Of a stretch of DNA of 64,000 nt, positions 61,866-64,000 are shown piece by piece (position 1 is the first letter of the stretch; every line of letters starts with the position of its first letter). Source of the stretch: an uncultured Gammaproteobacteria bacterium. GTDB lineage: Bacteria; Pseudomonadota; Gammaproteobacteria; GCA-002705445; GCA-002716945. The notes beneath the pieces were generated by a model. It was not told the origin of the DNA. It searched no databases and worked only from the letters and a program-made list of their open reading frames with translations. The stretch is from positions 109,313 to 173,312 of the forward strand of contig CACOMO010000001.1 in NCBI GenBank assembly GCA_902628335.1, in the 5' to 3' direction. Both the position numbers and the translations under genes were made by a program.

Positions 61866-62933
61866 ATGATAATCATTATAAAAACTAGTAATCGACAAGA
61901 AAGAAGCTATCGAAACATATTAATAATAATATTATCCGTTTTTATTAGTCTCTCATTAATAGCTACAAGTGTATCTGCTGATGAGGTAAATGTTTATAGT
62001 GCAAGGAAAGGATATCTCTTACAACCCCTGGTAGATGCATTTCAAAATGATAATAATATAAAAGTTAATGTGATTTCTGGTAAAGCTAAAGTATTACAAA
62101 AAAGAATTAAACAAGAAGGTAAAAACACAAGAGCAGATGTTCTACTAACTGTTGACGCAGGAAACCTCTATAAAGCAAAGAAGGATGGACTATTAAAGCG
62201 TATATCATCATCTAAATTGAATAATCTAATCCCAAGATATCTTAGAGATGATGGTGGGTATTGGTATGGACTATCGATTAGATCGAGAGTAATCATGTAT
62301 AATCCAGAAAAAGTTAAAGCCTCAGATCTATCAACATATGAGGATTTAGCAAACGAGAAATGGGAGAACAGGATATGTATCAGATCATCAAGTAACATAT
62401 ATAATCAATCATTACTAGCATCTATCATTTCGAACTTAGGCGAAAATAACGCAGAAGAATGGGCAAGAGGTGTGAAAAGTAATTTCTCAAAAGATCCGAA
62501 AGGTAACGATAGAACCCAAATGACGTCAGTCGTTATGGGTGAATGTGATGTAACAATAGCAAATACATATTATTTAGGAAAATGGATTTCATCCGAGCAA
62601 GACAATGAGAGAAAATACGCTGAAAAAATATCAGTTTTCTTTCCTAATCAACAAACCAGTGGTGCACACATAAACATAAGTGGCGCAGCTGTCACAAAAT
62701 ACTCTAAGAACACGGGAAATGCCATAAAATTCATTGAGTTTTTAGCAAGCGATGAAGCTCAAAAGCTTTACGCGCAAGCCAATCATGAATACCCTATAAG
62801 AGATAGTATACCTGTTAGTAGTATTGTTGAATCATGGGGATACCCATTCAAAAAGGATACTTTGAATCTAGACGAACTAGGTAAAAATAACAGAAAAGCT
62901 GTAATGATATTTGACAGAGTCGGTTGGAAGTAG
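61866..62933 (+). CDS. Fe(3+) ABC transporter periplasmic binding protein (FbpA/AfuA/FutA-like)
   Basis: Has a signal peptide and the mature N-terminus DEVNVYSARKGYLLQPLVDAF typical of the ferric-binding family. ATG 61866 is preceded by GGAGG. Confidence 0.85.
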   Translation: MIIIIKTSNRQERSYRNILIIILSVFISLSLIATSVSADEVNVYSARKGYLLQPLVDAFQNDNNIKVNVISGKAKVLQKRIKQEGKNTRADVLLTVDAGNLYKAKKDGLLKRISSSKLNNLIPRYLRDDGGYWYGLSIRSRVIMYNPEKVKASDLSTYEDLANEKWENRICIRSSSNIYNQSLLASIISNLGENNAEEWARGVKSNFSKDPKGNDRTQMTSVVMGECDVTIANTYYLGKWISSEQDNERKYAEKISVFFPNQQTSGAHINISGAAVTKYSKNTGNAIKFIEFLASDEAQKLYAQANHEYPIRDSIPVSSIVESWGYPFKKDTLNLDELGKNNRKAVMIFDRVGWK

Positions 62934-62939
62934 AGAAAA

Positions 62940-64000
62940 GTGAGACAACTAGGTTTTTATAATGATAGGATTATACTTTTATTGATAATTACTATAGTTT
63001 TAATTCCTATTCTTACGGTTTTTTCTTTTCTCTTTTATCCATCTGGTGACCTGTGGACACACTTGAGAGCGACATTAATAGATGATTATATCTTTAACAC
63101 GATTTTTATAACATTTTTTGTATCATTATTCACAGTCATCATTGGTGTGTCATCAGCATGGCTAGTTGTAATGTACAGCTTCCCAGGAAAGCATATCTTT
63201 AAGTGGTTATTAGTTATGCCAATTGCAATTCCTGCTTACATATCAGCTTATATATACGCAGGATTGACCGAACCATCTGGTTTTCTATTTGATTTTCTAG
63301 ATAACAATTTCAATTTAGGCAGGGAGCTTTTTCATCTTATAGACATAAGAAATATTTATGGGTCAATATTTGTCTTAAGTATTAGCCTATACCCATATGT
63401 ATATCTTCTGTGTTACTCATCTTTTAGGGAGCAATCATATTGCGCACTTGAGGTAGGGAAATCACTAGGTTTAAACGATATTAACAGTTTTAACCGTATT
63501 GGGCTTCCCCTTGCCAGACCAGCAATAGTTGCTGGATTAAGTCTAGTTGTTATGGAATCTGTCGCTGAGTTCGGAACTATGGATTATTATGGAGTAGCAA
63601 CATTTACAACAGGAATTTATCGTACGTGGTTTGCACTAGGTGATGAATCAAGTGCCCTTCATCTTGCATCCATACTTTTATCATTTGTATTTATATTGAT
63701 AATAATAGAAAAATATTCGCGTGGAAGCAGAGCATATTATCACTCATCTCAAAAAAATAAAATACCACTTGAAATAAAATTACATGGAAAAAAAGCATTA
63801 CTAGTATCATTGTGGTGTACCTTAGTAATACTACTAGGTTTTATTATACCAATCGTTCAATTGATAATCTGGCTCTTGAGCACATTTGATTATGCGCTAA
63901 GAGAGAATTTCTTAAATATCATAATGAATTCAATTTTCATAGCGAGTATATCAGCAGTCTTGATAGTTCTTATTTCTATTTACTCCTCATACAAAAATAG
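62940..64000 (+). CDS. Fe(3+) ABC transporter permease (FbpB-like), partial; continues beyond the window
   Basis: Not in the track because there is no stop in the window. I checked the frame from GTG 62940 by hand and it is open to 64000. The translation contains EVGKSLGLNDINSFNRIGLPLARPAIVAGLSLVVMESVAEFGT, an EAA-loop-type ABC permease motif. Confidence 0.8.
   Translation, partial: MRQLGFYNDRIILLLIITIVLIPILTVFSFLFYPSGDLWTHLRATLIDDYIFNTIFITFFVSLFTVIIGVSSAWLVVMYSFPGKHIFKWLLVMPIAIPAYISAYIYAGLTEPSGFLFDFLDNNFNLGRELFHLIDIRNIYGSIFVLSISLYPYVYLLCYSSFREQSYCALEVGKSLGLNDINSFNRIGLPLARPAIVAGLSLVVMESVAEFGTMDYYGVATFTTGIYRTWFALGDESSALHLASILLSFVFILIIIEKYSRGSRAYYHSSQKNKIPLEIKLHGKKALLVSLWCTLVILLGFIIPIVQLIIWLLSTFDYALRENFLNIIMNSIFIASISAVLIVLISIYSSYKN

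Overview
This is an AT-rich, very gene-dense chromosomal segment. I call about 77 CDS, 3 tRNAs and 1 clear regulatory site. I saw no rRNA, CRISPR array, transposase, integrase or obvious prophage. Gene order resembles Pseudomonas-type gammaproteobacteria: hemA diverging from TPR-ispE-prs-rplY-pth-ychF, then prfA-prmC, gatCAB, mreBCD, tolC-waaA and dapA-bamC. The many 1-23 nt gene overlaps suggest a streamlined genome. The taxon cannot be fixed without a database search.

Most of the content is housekeeping:
- Amino-acid synthesis: Lys, Arg, His, Met and branched-chain genes.
- Nucleotide and cofactor synthesis: purMN, molybdopterin synthesis (moeB-moaA-moaD-moaE), thiC, hemA and ispE.
- Translation factors, ppc, and cytochrome c maturation (ccmDEFGHI).
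- LPS inner-core genes: waaA, kdkA, a GT9 heptosyltransferase and a split hldA/hldC.
- A Fur-box-controlled Fe(3+) ABC importer.

Features added or corrected relative to the ORF track:
- A partial bamC at 1-1089.
- A 41-aa ccmD at 27137-27262.
- A partial iron ABC permease at 62940-64000.
- tRNA-Lys(CUU), tRNA-Met(CAU) and tRNA-Gln(UUG).
- Several shortened N-termini. The clearest is prs, whose track ORF reads through the tRNA-Gln gene.

The least ordinary region is 15.3-22.9 kb. Five tightly coupled minus-strand genes encode a Zn-motif-less MDR dehydrogenase, a PTPS/QueD-like protein lacking the catalytic Cys and one Zn-ligand His, a GT4 glycosyltransferase, a SAM methyltransferase and a flippase-like membrane protein. 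They diverge from an operon of CDP-alcohol phosphatidyltransferase, YceI, a family-3 O-methyltransferase and TrhO. I cannot match this set to a named pathway, and I propose it as a candidate route to an uncharacterised membrane lipid or head group.

All calls rest on motifs I recognise in the translations and on synteny. No homology search, HMM or RNA-folding computation was possible.
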